This document shows, piece after piece, positions 45,363 through 54,541 of a DNA stretch of 64,000 bases (position 1 is its first letter; the number at the start of each line of letters is the position of its first letter). A program made the position numbers and the translations under genes. Below the pieces are notes generated by a model. It saw only the letters and a program-made list of their open reading frames with translations, ran no database searches and had not been told where the DNA came from. This DNA comes from Bdellovibrionales bacterium (GTDB lineage: Bacteria > Bdellovibrionota > Bdellovibrionia > Bdellovibrionales > JAGQZY01): the NCBI GenBank assembly GCA_964230555.1, contig CAXRIX010000078.1, forward strand, positions 10 through 64,009, read 5' to 3'.

Positions 45363-45858
45363 GGCGTTTTTCTACTCTCTGATACTTGCTCTTGCTTTCA
45401 CCTGCGGAGTCGCTTCTGGGAAAAGCACCAAAGCGCATCCGGTCCAAGCCTTTACAACCAACAGACTTCCTGAGATGAAATTTTTATTTAAAACTAAAGA
45501 TATGACTCTCAGAGATGTCCAGAAAAACTTAAAAAACATGTCTCAGAAAAAAGATCGATGGACCTATGAAAATAAAGGCCACAGGGTTTTTGTTTGGGTT
45601 GACGATAAAAATAGAGTCCGTGCTCTTCGCATTAAACTGAAAGTCGATAGGACTTCAAATACTTCGGACGAAATTGCAATTCTCAAACCCTATTTAAAGA
45701 AAATTCGTGAAGGCTCCTTTAAGCCCACGCCCCATAGCTTTGTTTCAGTGATACCTAACAAAGACAAAAGTTTTGCTTTGAGTGTTTTAGATCGAAAAAA
45801 ATATGGAGCTCCTCTTAAGATTGTTGAACTGTTTTTTGATAGGAAGTTTTTCAAATGA
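45343..45858 (+). CDS. Hypothetical lipoprotein (start codon uncertain, possibly ATC)
   Basis: The frame contains ...PYQKNKAFFYSLILALAFTCGVASG (lipobox AFTC). No ATG/GTG/TTG lies just upstream, but GGAGG (45332..45336) sits 6 nt before ATC 45343. Alternatives are GTG 45229 (ORF track) or ATG 45475. Confidence 0.5.
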   Translation: MPYQKNKAFFYSLILALAFTCGVASGKSTKAHPVQAFTTNRLPEMKFLFKTKDMTLRDVQKNLKNMSQKKDRWTYENKGHRVFVWVDDKNRVRALRIKLKVDRTSNTSDEIAILKPYLKKIREGSFKPTPHSFVSVIPNKDKSFALSVLDRKKYGAPLKIVELFFDRKFFK

Positions 45859-47072
45859 AAAAATTAATAGGACTTTTTATTTTCACCATTAGTCTTGATG
45901 GCCATTCACACTTTTCAGTGGAAGAGCATGAAATGCAAAATTTCTACCGACAGTGTGTGCGTCGCGAGTCCGATGAAGTCCTTGTTGCAGGTTTGAATAG
46001 CAGCTTTGAAACTCAAAGAAACCAACCCTTTAGTCCTCACCCGATCTTTGCCCAAGACACCCAGTACGCAAACCTTTTTCAGTTCTACGAAAATCTACCG
46101 GAAAACATAGATCAGGTTGAAATCGATGGATTTCGAATGGAAAGGCCAAGCCTCTTCGACCTGGAAATGGTGCTTCGGCTGACTGAAATCGATGAGGCGG
46201 AGATAAGCTGGGATCCCGATAATAATTTTAGTCTTGAGTATACCGTTTCAAATGGGGTCCTTTCGATCAGACGGAGCTGTCGACCAGGGCACCGCTATCG
46301 AGATTGCCCTGAAAATCAAACTTCCGCACGTCCTGCCTATCAACTGGCTCGTTTTAATCGAGGGGCTGAACCCTGCAGTGACGCGATTTGTGCGGCTCAA
46401 AGGATTTTTGGCGCTTCAGCCACCGAGATTTTGACAAATCAATCCCGCTACCAATTAAATACATCGCCCTACCGCGACCCTGATGTTGCTGACTCCAACG
46501 GATTAAGTGCTCCGACATCAATGGCTCTACGTAACGCCGCCCGTGCACTTCCCGTTCACCTTTACCCTCAAGCATTACACTTTGAACAATTTTTTGCTAT
46601 GGAACCGGGTCAAGGCAGACCTGGCCTTATTGCCAATGCCTCTGGGCGAGTCTTTGATGAAATAGAGTCTTATTCGCCTCCACGAAGAATTCAGGTTTTC
46701 TACCATGAGCTGGGGCACCGTGCTCATGGCTTCGGTGATGATAATCATACTCGTTCCGAGGAGTGGCTGTCGATCTCTGGCTTCGAACAAATTGGAGAGG
46801 ACAGCTTTTTGCCAGACTACAGAACTGTCGAGGGACGCTCGTCCGTGTCCCCTTACGGCAACACCAACCCCAATGAGGACTTCGCCGAGGCCTTCACGAT
46901 GTACCGGTTCGCCCCACAACGACTGCAAGAAATCTCGCCAGAACGATATCGTTATTTAAGAGACAACATCTATAACGGATTGGAGTACACAACCGACATT
47001 TGTAATGGAACGCGACTACCAATCCCGCAGTCAGACAATCCCAGCCGCGACGAAACCCAAGTGGTATTTTAA
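45855..47072 (+). CDS. Secreted HExxH zinc metalloprotease-like protein
   Basis: 405 aa with a signal-like N-terminus, HELGH and a downstream NEDFAEAF motif. Its start overlaps the previous stop (ATGA). Confidence 0.6.
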   Translation: MKKLIGLFIFTISLDGHSHFSVEEHEMQNFYRQCVRRESDEVLVAGLNSSFETQRNQPFSPHPIFAQDTQYANLFQFYENLPENIDQVEIDGFRMERPSLFDLEMVLRLTEIDEAEISWDPDNNFSLEYTVSNGVLSIRRSCRPGHRYRDCPENQTSARPAYQLARFNRGAEPCSDAICAAQRIFGASATEILTNQSRYQLNTSPYRDPDVADSNGLSAPTSMALRNAARALPVHLYPQALHFEQFFAMEPGQGRPGLIANASGRVFDEIESYSPPRRIQVFYHELGHRAHGFGDDNHTRSEEWLSISGFEQIGEDSFLPDYRTVEGRSSVSPYGNTNPNEDFAEAFTMYRFAPQRLQEISPERYRYLRDNIYNGLEYTTDICNGTRLPIPQSDNPSRDETQVVF

Positions 47073-47156
47073 AATAAGTAGGCTTCTGGTGAAGATTATT
47101 AAATTTATGTCCGGAGTTAGTGACCTACAGGTCTTCCTATACTATAACAATGGTAA

Positions 47157-47705
47157 GTGATGAAAAAAGTTGTATTTTTTGATCGTGATGGAACCTTGAT
47201 CGTTGACAAGATTTACCTGAATGATCCTGAGCAGATTGAATACCTTCCTGGCGTTTTTCAAGGCCTTCGCCTGCTACGTGATCAGGGTTTTGAGTTTATC
47301 GTGGTCACCAACCAATCGGGCGTGCCACGTGGCCTTGTCGACGTCAAAAATCTGCATCAAATCCATAAGAACATTCGAGAGGATTGCGCCCGAGCTGGAA
47401 TCGACATTCTTAGTTTTTATTACGCCCCTTTCATGGTGAATTCCGGGCACCCCATGCGTAAGCCTGGCCCTGGCATGCTGGAGGCTGGTGTCCGCGACCA
47501 CAATGTGGACCGCACTGTTTCGTGGATGGTGGGCGACCGCATGACTGATGTTGAAGCCGGTCACCGTGCCCATATGAAAAGTGTCTTCCTTCACGGAACT
47601 GAAGATCCGGCTGAATCCAGTTTTGACGACGCTGAATACTACGCCCAAGACTTTTTAGAACTCAGCCGCTATATCTGCGCCCAAGACCTGAGCCTTAATT
47701 CTTAG
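47157..47705 (+). CDS. gmhB: D,D-heptose 1,7-bisphosphate phosphatase (HAD-IIIA, GmhB-like)
   Basis: FFDRDGTL, VVTNQSGVPRG, RKPGPGML and MVGDRMTDVEAG. Confidence 0.75.
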   Translation: MMKKVVFFDRDGTLIVDKIYLNDPEQIEYLPGVFQGLRLLRDQGFEFIVVTNQSGVPRGLVDVKNLHQIHKNIREDCARAGIDILSFYYAPFMVNSGHPMRKPGPGMLEAGVRDHNVDRTVSWMVGDRMTDVEAGHRAHMKSVFLHGTEDPAESSFDDAEYYAQDFLELSRYICAQDLSLNS

Positions 47706-47798
47706 ACGCTTCAATTTGCAACACCCCTTGAGACCGTGCAAAACAGACAATTGTGCCAGCCGTGGCTGTCTCAAGGTGGCGCAAATATTGGATTTATT

Positions 47799-47825
47799 TT
47801 AAGTTCCCCACCCAGAAACCGATAA
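47799..47825 (+). promoter_or_regulatory. Sigma-28 (FliA)-like promoter: TTAAG-N15-CCGATAA
   Basis: TTAAG at 47799..47803 and CCGATAA at 47819..47825, the closest match in the window to TAAAG-N15-CCGATAA. It lies 36 nt before ATG 47862, which has a GAGGAG RBS. Confidence 0.55.
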
Positions 47826-47861
47826 ATCCTTTAGAAGAATAACCCTAAATTCGAGGAGCCT

Positions 47862-49025
47862 ATGGTTCGTTTATTGATCATCTCCATTGCCTTCTTCTTT
47901 TCTTTTCAAGCAATGGCTGCCGACTGCGGTGTATTTAAAGTCGTCAAAGGCGACGTAACCTACTCCAAAAAAGGCAATAGCAAATTCAGAAAGGCTCGTA
48001 AGAATAAAAAAGTTTGCCAAGGCTATACAGTCAAAACGGCCGTCGATAGCCGAGCGAAAATTCAAATGGCCGACAAAAACGAAATTAACATTTCACCCGA
48101 TTCCGAACTGATCATCGAAGCTTATGAAACTGGCAAAAAAGCGGTTCTTAATGTTATCAACGGTAAAGTTCGCTCTGATGTAAAACAAAAATACAATGAT
48201 ACAAAGCAAAGTCATTATCGAGTTAAAACCAAGTCTGCTGTCGCCGGAGTTCGTGGAACCGAATTCTTAACCAGTTACAGCCGTGCCACCAACCGGTCAC
48301 GAGTCGTGACCTTCGAAGGGGAAGTGGCCGTTGGTCAAATTAAAGGTGGAAACTTCATTCCGCAAGTCACAGTCAAGCCAGGACAATACACTTCCAATAG
48401 CGTTGGTACGGCTCCACACCCTGCTCGCGATGTTCCACCCGCCGAGTTTGCCCAGATGGATCAAGAATCAAAAGTTGATGACGCCAGCCCAAGCAAACAA
48501 CCGGCAAGCGCGACTCAGCCTGAAAAGAAACCGAGTGATGACAAAGGCAGCAAACCTGAACCTAAACTTGAACCCAAAAGTGGCAAAGGCCAGAAAGGTC
48601 CTCAGGGAGCCCGTGGCAATCCGAAGCCGGGCATCGCAGTCAACGGCGATGGTTCGGATGGAATCGTCGGCAACGGTAACCCTGGCGAAGTTAGCGACGA
48701 TCAGTCTTACCGTGACGATGAACAGTATGGCGACCCCAACTTTGATCCTTCGCTGGAAGATGGTTCGGGCGGCGAGCGAGATATCGCCTCGATTGAGCCC
48801 GACGGAGGTATGAACAATCTTTTACCACCTCCAGATCTTGAAGCCGGCCCAGCTATGGAAGATATGATCGGCATCGAACCCAATATAGGGATTGTCGATA
48901 TGGACAACTTCGCTCCGGTGGACTCGCCAATGGACAACCCCATCATTCAAGATGGAGTTATCAACACTTCTGATCGTGTTCAGGTGATCATCAACCCCTG
49001 CCTTCCCGGGCAATGCGGTAACTGA
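47862..49025 (+). CDS. Secreted FecR-domain protein with a Pro/Gly/Asp-rich disordered C-half
   Basis: Signal peptide ending AMA-AD. FecR-like core (GDVTYSKKG...VKTAVDSRAKIQMADKNEINISPDSELII...VKTKSAVAGVRGTEF). The low-complexity C-terminus is about 190 aa. Confidence 0.65.
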   Translation: MVRLLIISIAFFFSFQAMAADCGVFKVVKGDVTYSKKGNSKFRKARKNKKVCQGYTVKTAVDSRAKIQMADKNEINISPDSELIIEAYETGKKAVLNVINGKVRSDVKQKYNDTKQSHYRVKTKSAVAGVRGTEFLTSYSRATNRSRVVTFEGEVAVGQIKGGNFIPQVTVKPGQYTSNSVGTAPHPARDVPPAEFAQMDQESKVDDASPSKQPASATQPEKKPSDDKGSKPEPKLEPKSGKGQKGPQGARGNPKPGIAVNGDGSDGIVGNGNPGEVSDDQSYRDDEQYGDPNFDPSLEDGSGGERDIASIEPDGGMNNLLPPPDLEAGPAMEDMIGIEPNIGIVDMDNFAPVDSPMDNPIIQDGVINTSDRVQVIINPCLPGQCGN

Positions 49026-49035
49026 GGTTTGTTGG

Positions 49036-49055
49036 GAGCCTTTGAGAGAAGGCTC
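49036..49055 (+). terminator. Hairpin after the FecR-domain gene (weak terminator candidate)
   Basis: gagcctt-tgagag-aaggctc has a 7-bp stem; the downstream sequence is only moderately T-rich. Confidence 0.3.
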
Positions 49056-49234
49056 TCTGTTGACTAAATTTCTTGTTTTTTAAGCCGTCGCTCAGCTCCC
49101 TACCTAGGTCGAGAACTGAGACTCTACAAAATGTGCAAATAAGCACAGTCTTTTGCCTATTCTTAGACGCCAATTCATTGTCATAAACTATTGATCACCT
49201 TAGACTATTTAAAAGATAAAACGAGGACTTATAG

Positions 49235-51364
49235 ATGAAACAACTTGTATTGTTCGCCCTTGTGGCTGGACTCGCGCAAACTTCCTTGGCTGCTAAAAGT
49301 CGATTCAAAATTTTCAAAGAGAATAGTGACAAACGGGCTGTTATTGTCAATTCTCGCCCCGTCTCCTTCTTTTACGAAAAAGTTGCCTGGAATCAAAAAC
49401 CGACCTCTATAGAATCTGGATATGTTTATCTAAGGAACAAGAATACAGAGAAATTGTATGAATTGAATATGGTCGAAACGGCGCCGAACTCTGGGGTGTT
49501 TAGTGTGGCCTTTCCTATTGGAGTGCTTGAATCACAAGAAGTGGCCGCCGAAATATACTCCGCTCCACAATCTATGCTGCAGGTTGAAGACAGAATTGCA
49601 CTCATGAAAGATTTTATCGAAGATGGCTCGGTTAAACGAAAACCTTTTTTACTTAGAGTTTTGCGAGTTGAAGGACAAATTGTCGATATTTTTGATGACA
49701 AACAAGTCGCTTTAGCGGCGTACAATAATTACCGCGCCGATATGGGACTGTCTCCAGAGCAATCGGAAAGTCAAAGTATCATCGAACTAGCCAATCAACA
49801 AAAAGTTGAAAATAAAAAGGTGATCGATACGTCAACTTTGCAATCACTTTTTCTAGCCAACGAAAATGACTTGCAAGCCACCAATGCTAAAAATGAAGAA
49901 ATTCGTGAAGTGATGAGGAATATTGAGGAGAAACGCAGACGCGAAGTAAAAAAACAAGCCTCTTATTGGACACGCGCTCAAGTGCGCAGAAACACAGAGC
50001 TCGCAAAAGAACAGATTGTCGAGGGAGTTGCAGCGTTAAAAGCCGATCAGCTAGAAAAATCGATGAATGAATTTTTCGAGGCTTCCAATCTAGCTCCGTC
50101 TGAAGAAAATATCTACGAACAGTATGGTGTAAGCCTTTTTCGTCACAAGAAGTTTAACCAAGCTATAGTCGCTTTGAGCATTTCACAACCAACAAAAGAA
50201 AGAGTTCCTGAAAAACATTTTTATATAGGAATGTCATTTTACAAACTGAAGGATTATGAAAAGGCGATCAAACACTTCGACGAAGTTATAAAAGCAAAAG
50301 ATCGAGCCCTCGCACCGACCGCATCTTTCTATAAGGGGTTGTCTCTCATTGAAATCAACGAGTTTGATAAATCAAAGGAAGCCTTTCAATTCGTTCTTGA
50401 TACCTCTGAAAATCCTGAAATGGACAAAAAAGCTGAAAAATACATTGAGTACGGCCTTGATAGAAAAGCATTGGCAAAAAAGCGCGCCAATTGGTTTCGA
50501 ATCAGTGGCGTCATGGGACTTATGTATGATTCCAATATTATCTTAGCCGACGATCAATTAACCCAGAACAATGACGTCACCGACGAGAATGGTTGGCGTC
50601 TTCTGGCGCAAGTCGCGCCTAAATTTCGCCCCTATTATTCTCAGTCTGATGAAATCAACATCGAACTTAACGTCACGACCCTCAAAAGTTTTGACGAAGG
50701 CTTCCAAAGCAATGAGGTGGCTGAAACAGCCGACCCCTTGGTTCTAGGTGCGAACGTGCCATGGACTCACCGAGGAACTCTGGGTGGTAAAGGTTATGTT
50801 TTTGATCTTATCCCTGGTTATGAGCAAATTATCATGGATCTCGATGGTACCGGTGCAGCCACGATCTCGAATTCCATCAAACTTGGAATTAACAACACGC
50901 TGGTTGTAAACCGCAACTGGATCGCCAAAGGGGATTATACTTTTGCCTCTGTCGATTCAAACATTCTTGGTGAAGAAACTGTCGCGGATGCCTTCAGCGC
51001 CAAAATGAAGTTATCCAGCATTATTGTTTTAAATAAGGATTTGGAGAGATATCTTATTCCGGAATTCTCTTATCGAATTCATGATGCCAAATCTTCAACC
51101 TATGCCTTTAACAGAATGGATATTGGAGTCACCTTTACGACAGCGCTTTGGTCTTCTTTTGTGTGGAACAACAGGTTGGCCTATTTTATTTCCAACTATG
51201 AGAGTACACGAACCGACAATAATTATACGGTTGCCACCGGACTTTCGCGCCGCTTGAACTCGAATTGGAACTGGGGCGTGATTGCTTCTTATATTGTCAA
51301 CGATTCAACAACCAATCGCTACAACAAATACAATGTCCTGACTAACTTTTCTTTCAACTACTAA
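49235..51364 (+). CDS. Outer-membrane protein: N-domain, TPR repeats and a C-terminal beta-barrel of about 285 aa (Slam/DUF560-like architecture)
   Basis: 709 aa with a signal peptide ending SLA-AK and TPR-like helices around residues 260-410. Alternating-pattern beta strands run from RANWFRISGVMGLMYDSNI to the C-terminal NVLTNFSFNY, an aromatic terminus typical of OMPs. Confidence 0.55.
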   Translation: MKQLVLFALVAGLAQTSLAAKSRFKIFKENSDKRAVIVNSRPVSFFYEKVAWNQKPTSIESGYVYLRNKNTEKLYELNMVETAPNSGVFSVAFPIGVLESQEVAAEIYSAPQSMLQVEDRIALMKDFIEDGSVKRKPFLLRVLRVEGQIVDIFDDKQVALAAYNNYRADMGLSPEQSESQSIIELANQQKVENKKVIDTSTLQSLFLANENDLQATNAKNEEIREVMRNIEEKRRREVKKQASYWTRAQVRRNTELAKEQIVEGVAALKADQLEKSMNEFFEASNLAPSEENIYEQYGVSLFRHKKFNQAIVALSISQPTKERVPEKHFYIGMSFYKLKDYEKAIKHFDEVIKAKDRALAPTASFYKGLSLIEINEFDKSKEAFQFVLDTSENPEMDKKAEKYIEYGLDRKALAKKRANWFRISGVMGLMYDSNIILADDQLTQNNDVTDENGWRLLAQVAPKFRPYYSQSDEINIELNVTTLKSFDEGFQSNEVAETADPLVLGANVPWTHRGTLGGKGYVFDLIPGYEQIIMDLDGTGAATISNSIKLGINNTLVVNRNWIAKGDYTFASVDSNILGEETVADAFSAKMKLSSIIVLNKDLERYLIPEFSYRIHDAKSSTYAFNRMDIGVTFTTALWSSFVWNNRLAYFISNYESTRTDNNYTVATGLSRRLNSNWNWGVIASYIVNDSTTNRYNKYNVLTNFSFNY

Positions 51365-51607
51365 TCCCCACCTCCACCGCAACAGCCTGGTTGCGGCGGA
51401 ATAGAATAACGTTGTCTACGAACGAACCTGCTGTCCTTCTGTATCATCACCTTCTGGGTCTTGGTCTCGACTTGAATTTGCAGTTGGCCAACTCGCATGG
51501 CGCATAACCGAATAAACACAGTCTTTGTAATCTTCCAAGGAAACTTGTCGGAATCCCGGCTGCACAATAATAGAATAGAAACCACTGCTTAAGGGCAGAA
51601 TTAGCGG

Positions 51608-52210
51608 TCAAACTTGTAAACCGGATGATCGTTCCAACAAATCACCCTCGCGCAAAAGTTTTTGTGTGAGTTGATTGAGGTACAGATATTCGTCTTCAGT
51701 TAAATGAATTTCATGGTGGGATCGAACCGGCTTGGCAATAAACTCACCGGTGTCATCGTTAAGAGCTAAAAATCCAAGGTAAAATAAATATTTCAATTCA
51801 AATTGTAACCGCAACAGATGAGGAGTGTCAGAAGTTTCTAGAGTCTTTAACGAGTTGCCGAGCAAATCAAACAGATTTTTATTGTCGGACAGGCCCTCGT
51901 AAGTTCCCTTCGAGATAAGTTTCACAAAATGAAAGGCCAACTCCAATTTTCGATAATCTTTTCTAAGGCCAGCGAAGGCTTCGATAACTCGCGCCTCTTG
52001 AACGTAATAGAACCCTGATTTGGCTTGAGTGTAGAAGATCTCTACAAAATTGAACGGCTCAAGGACCCCACCACTAAAACGTCGTCGGCTATTCAATGCA
52101 TTTTTAGCGGTGAATACAAAACGCTCGCCCTCTTTGCTCAGAACATCTAGGATTAAGTCAGCATCTCGAAAGGGTTTGGCTCGAAGGTTGATGAATCTAC
52201 CAGACGGCAT
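51608..52210 (-). CDS. recO: DNA repair protein RecO (short form)
   Basis: 200 aa with FINLRAKPFRDADLILDVLSKEGERFVFTAKNALNSRRRFSGGVLEPFNFVEIFY. Confidence 0.75.
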   Translation of the reverse strand: MPSGRFINLRAKPFRDADLILDVLSKEGERFVFTAKNALNSRRRFSGGVLEPFNFVEIFYTQAKSGFYYVQEARVIEAFAGLRKDYRKLELAFHFVKLISKGTYEGLSDNKNLFDLLGNSLKTLETSDTPHLLRLQFELKYLFYLGFLALNDDTGEFIAKPVRSHHEIHLTEDEYLYLNQLTQKLLREGDLLERSSGLQV

Positions 52211-53537
52211 AATAAAGAACCAAAATTCCTACAGAAAAAATGTTGGAAAGAATCATGCTGATGGAGGGGGCTGAGACAATGGGATCAAAATCCAAGCGAC
52301 CAATCAACAAAGGCAAACCCACCGATACAACAATCGAAGCTAACATCTGCAAACCCAAAACCACGGAAAGAACCAGCGGCACGTGCATCCATTGGGTGGT
52401 CGAAAAAACTCCCACTAAAAAAAGAATACAAGTTAAAATTGTTAAACTGAGCCCGACAGCGAATTCTTTTTTCAGATCCGCCCAGGATCTTTGTGTGGTC
52501 GCCGCGTGAGTTCTGAGGAAACTGACGATCATCGTCACAGTTTGGCTACTGACTGTTGAGACGACAAAAAAGGCCAGTGGCAAAAGACAAATCGCATTGC
52601 GGAGTCGATTGTCGATATCAAAAGGTTTCAGAGTCGTCCACAGCATAAAGAAACAGATCGCGCCACCGGCATAGGCCAACAGCAACCAGGGGATTCGCGC
52701 CTTCATATGAGTCCAATAGGACTCTTCAAGATTGGCACCACCCATCCCCATGGCCTGGATGTCTTCAGCGGCTTCTTCACGAATCACGTCGATCACATCG
52801 TCCACGGTGATCACTCCCACCAAGTCGTTATTGTCGTCAATCACCGGCAAAGAAAGGAAATCATACTTTTCGACGACTCGAGCCACTTCGTTCTGGTCGG
52901 TTTGAATATTCACAGAGATCACATCGGTAGACATGATATCTTTTAAAATATCTTGTGGTCGGGACAGAAGAAGCTGTTTCAAACTTAACACCCCAACCAG
53001 TCTCTGGGTGTCGTTGATAACGTAAATATAAAAAGAGATAAGGTCTTCATCCATACTCTGGATTTTCTCAATGGATTGTTTCACGGAAAAAGATTCATCG
53101 ATGGTCAAAAACTCAGAGCTCATCAAGCCACCGGCTGAGTCCTCTGGATAGCTCATCAGCTCTTCGACTTCTTGCAACTCATCTCGGTTTAAACCACTGA
53201 GGATCTTTTGAGACATCTCATCGGGCAAGTTACCGAGCAGATCCGCCGCATCGTCACTGTCCATGAAACCTAAGAGCTTTTGCAGCTTACCCACTTCGTA
53301 AACATGAGCAATTTCCAATTGAAATTTCTTATTCAAGTGACTCAAGATTTCGGCTTGGCGATCCGGGTCGGAAATCAATTGAAAAACTGAGATTCGAGCT
53401 TCTGTATCAAGGACCTCTAGAACACTGGCGACATCGGCGTCGTGGGTTTTATTGATCATTCGACGAATATTCCGTTCGGCGCCCCGGCGTAATAATTTCG
53501 AAATGCTGTTTGCTAATAATTTGGTTTTCTGATCCAC
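52197..53537 (-). CDS. mgtE: Magnesium transporter MgtE
   Basis: 446 aa with an MgtE N-domain, two CBS domains (VINDTQRLVGVLSLKQLL, VIDDNNDLVGVITVDDVIDVI) and a 5-TM C-terminus. Confidence 0.9.
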   Translation of the reverse strand: MDQKTKLLANSISKLLRRGAERNIRRMINKTHDADVASVLEVLDTEARISVFQLISDPDRQAEILSHLNKKFQLEIAHVYEVGKLQKLLGFMDSDDAADLLGNLPDEMSQKILSGLNRDELQEVEELMSYPEDSAGGLMSSEFLTIDESFSVKQSIEKIQSMDEDLISFYIYVINDTQRLVGVLSLKQLLLSRPQDILKDIMSTDVISVNIQTDQNEVARVVEKYDFLSLPVIDDNNDLVGVITVDDVIDVIREEAAEDIQAMGMGGANLEESYWTHMKARIPWLLLAYAGGAICFFMLWTTLKPFDIDNRLRNAICLLPLAFFVVSTVSSQTVTMIVSFLRTHAATTQRSWADLKKEFAVGLSLTILTCILFLVGVFSTTQWMHVPLVLSVVLGLQMLASIVVSVGLPLLIGRLDFDPIVSAPSISMILSNIFSVGILVLYYAVW

Positions 53538-53539
53538 GG

Positions 53540-54493
53540 TTAAGCCTCTTTCTTCTTGTATAACACAAAAAGCAGGCCTCCGAGAAGACCCACTAAGAAT
53601 TGCACGGCCTGGAAAAAGGTTATGACAAGAACTCCAAACTCTCCGTTACCGGCGACTTTATCAAAAAGATAGAGGAAAGCCGCCTGCCCGACCCCAACGC
53701 CCGCTGGTGAGATCGGAAGTATTGTCGCCAAAAAACCGAAGGGAAAAATCAACATTAAGACCCAAATCGGAAAATCCATCTTTAAATAGAAGATTAGAAA
53801 CACGCCCAGACCGATCACCGTGCCCTGTGAGATTAAACTCAAAAAGAAAGGAAGAATCACCTTCTGGGGACGCTGGAAGAAGAAAAACAGCGGATGCAGG
53901 ACCTTTTCCAATAAAGGGTGGGAGCGAAGCAAGACTCCGATCTTGTCTTTAGGGCTTAAGATTAAAAAGGCAATCAGAAACACAAAGCCAATAAGGATCA
54001 TCACACTCAAAGATAGAAAACTGGCTTGCAGGCTGGGTTGCAGCTGAGAATAAAAGATAACACCGGTCAGGCCCGAATAAAGGAGCAGGGCCAGCAGGCC
54101 AAAAATACGATCAATAAGAATGCTCCAACCGATGAAGACACGTTTGCTTTTTTGGTCGCGCATCAGATAGCCGGCCTTGATAACATCTCCACCGACTCCG
54201 CCAGGCATGAAGAAATTAAAAAAGATTCCCATCAGCGACAGGCGAAAGACTTGCATATAGGGCACCTGAACGTCTTCGAAGCGCAACAGGACTTGCCAGC
54301 GCTTGGAGTTGACAACCAAAACGAACAAAAACATAAGAACGCCAGTGACCCATACTTGAAGGTCACTGATCTTCTTAAGGGCGTTGAGATCGAAGCGTCC
54401 TGAAGCAATCAGCCAATAGATAAGACTACCCGCCAATGCCACCTTTAAAATCGGCATAAGCCATTGCTTAAGGCGTATTTCCTTGCTAACCAT
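53540..54493 (-). CDS. Flippase-like / lysyl-phosphatidylglycerol-synthase-TM-region family membrane protein (UPF0104)
   Basis: ATG 54493 (MVSKEIRLKQW...). The ORF-track start at 54613 would overlap ugd. Multi-TM with the FFNFFMPGGVGGDVIKAGY motif. Confidence 0.65.
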   Translation of the reverse strand: MVSKEIRLKQWLMPILKVALAGSLIYWLIASGRFDLNALKKISDLQVWVTGVLMFLFVLVVNSKRWQVLLRFEDVQVPYMQVFRLSLMGIFFNFFMPGGVGGDVIKAGYLMRDQKSKRVFIGWSILIDRIFGLLALLLYSGLTGVIFYSQLQPSLQASFLSLSVMILIGFVFLIAFLILSPKDKIGVLLRSHPLLEKVLHPLFFFFQRPQKVILPFFLSLISQGTVIGLGVFLIFYLKMDFPIWVLMLIFPFGFLATILPISPAGVGVGQAAFLYLFDKVAGNGEFGVLVITFFQAVQFLVGLLGGLLFVLYKKKEA

Positions 54494-54541
54494 AGACCCT
54501 GTATCTAAGCTTTTGATAGGACTCTTGCCAAGGTAAAGATT

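Noticed and set aside
51361-51585. 74-aa minus-strand ORF in the 243-nt convergent spacer between the OMP gene and recO (also contains the 12-bp palindrome AGTTGGCCAACT)
   Set aside because: It has no RBS, an implausible sequence (ending CCGGGGD) and overlaps the OMP stop. I could not recognise any ncRNA in the spacer either.
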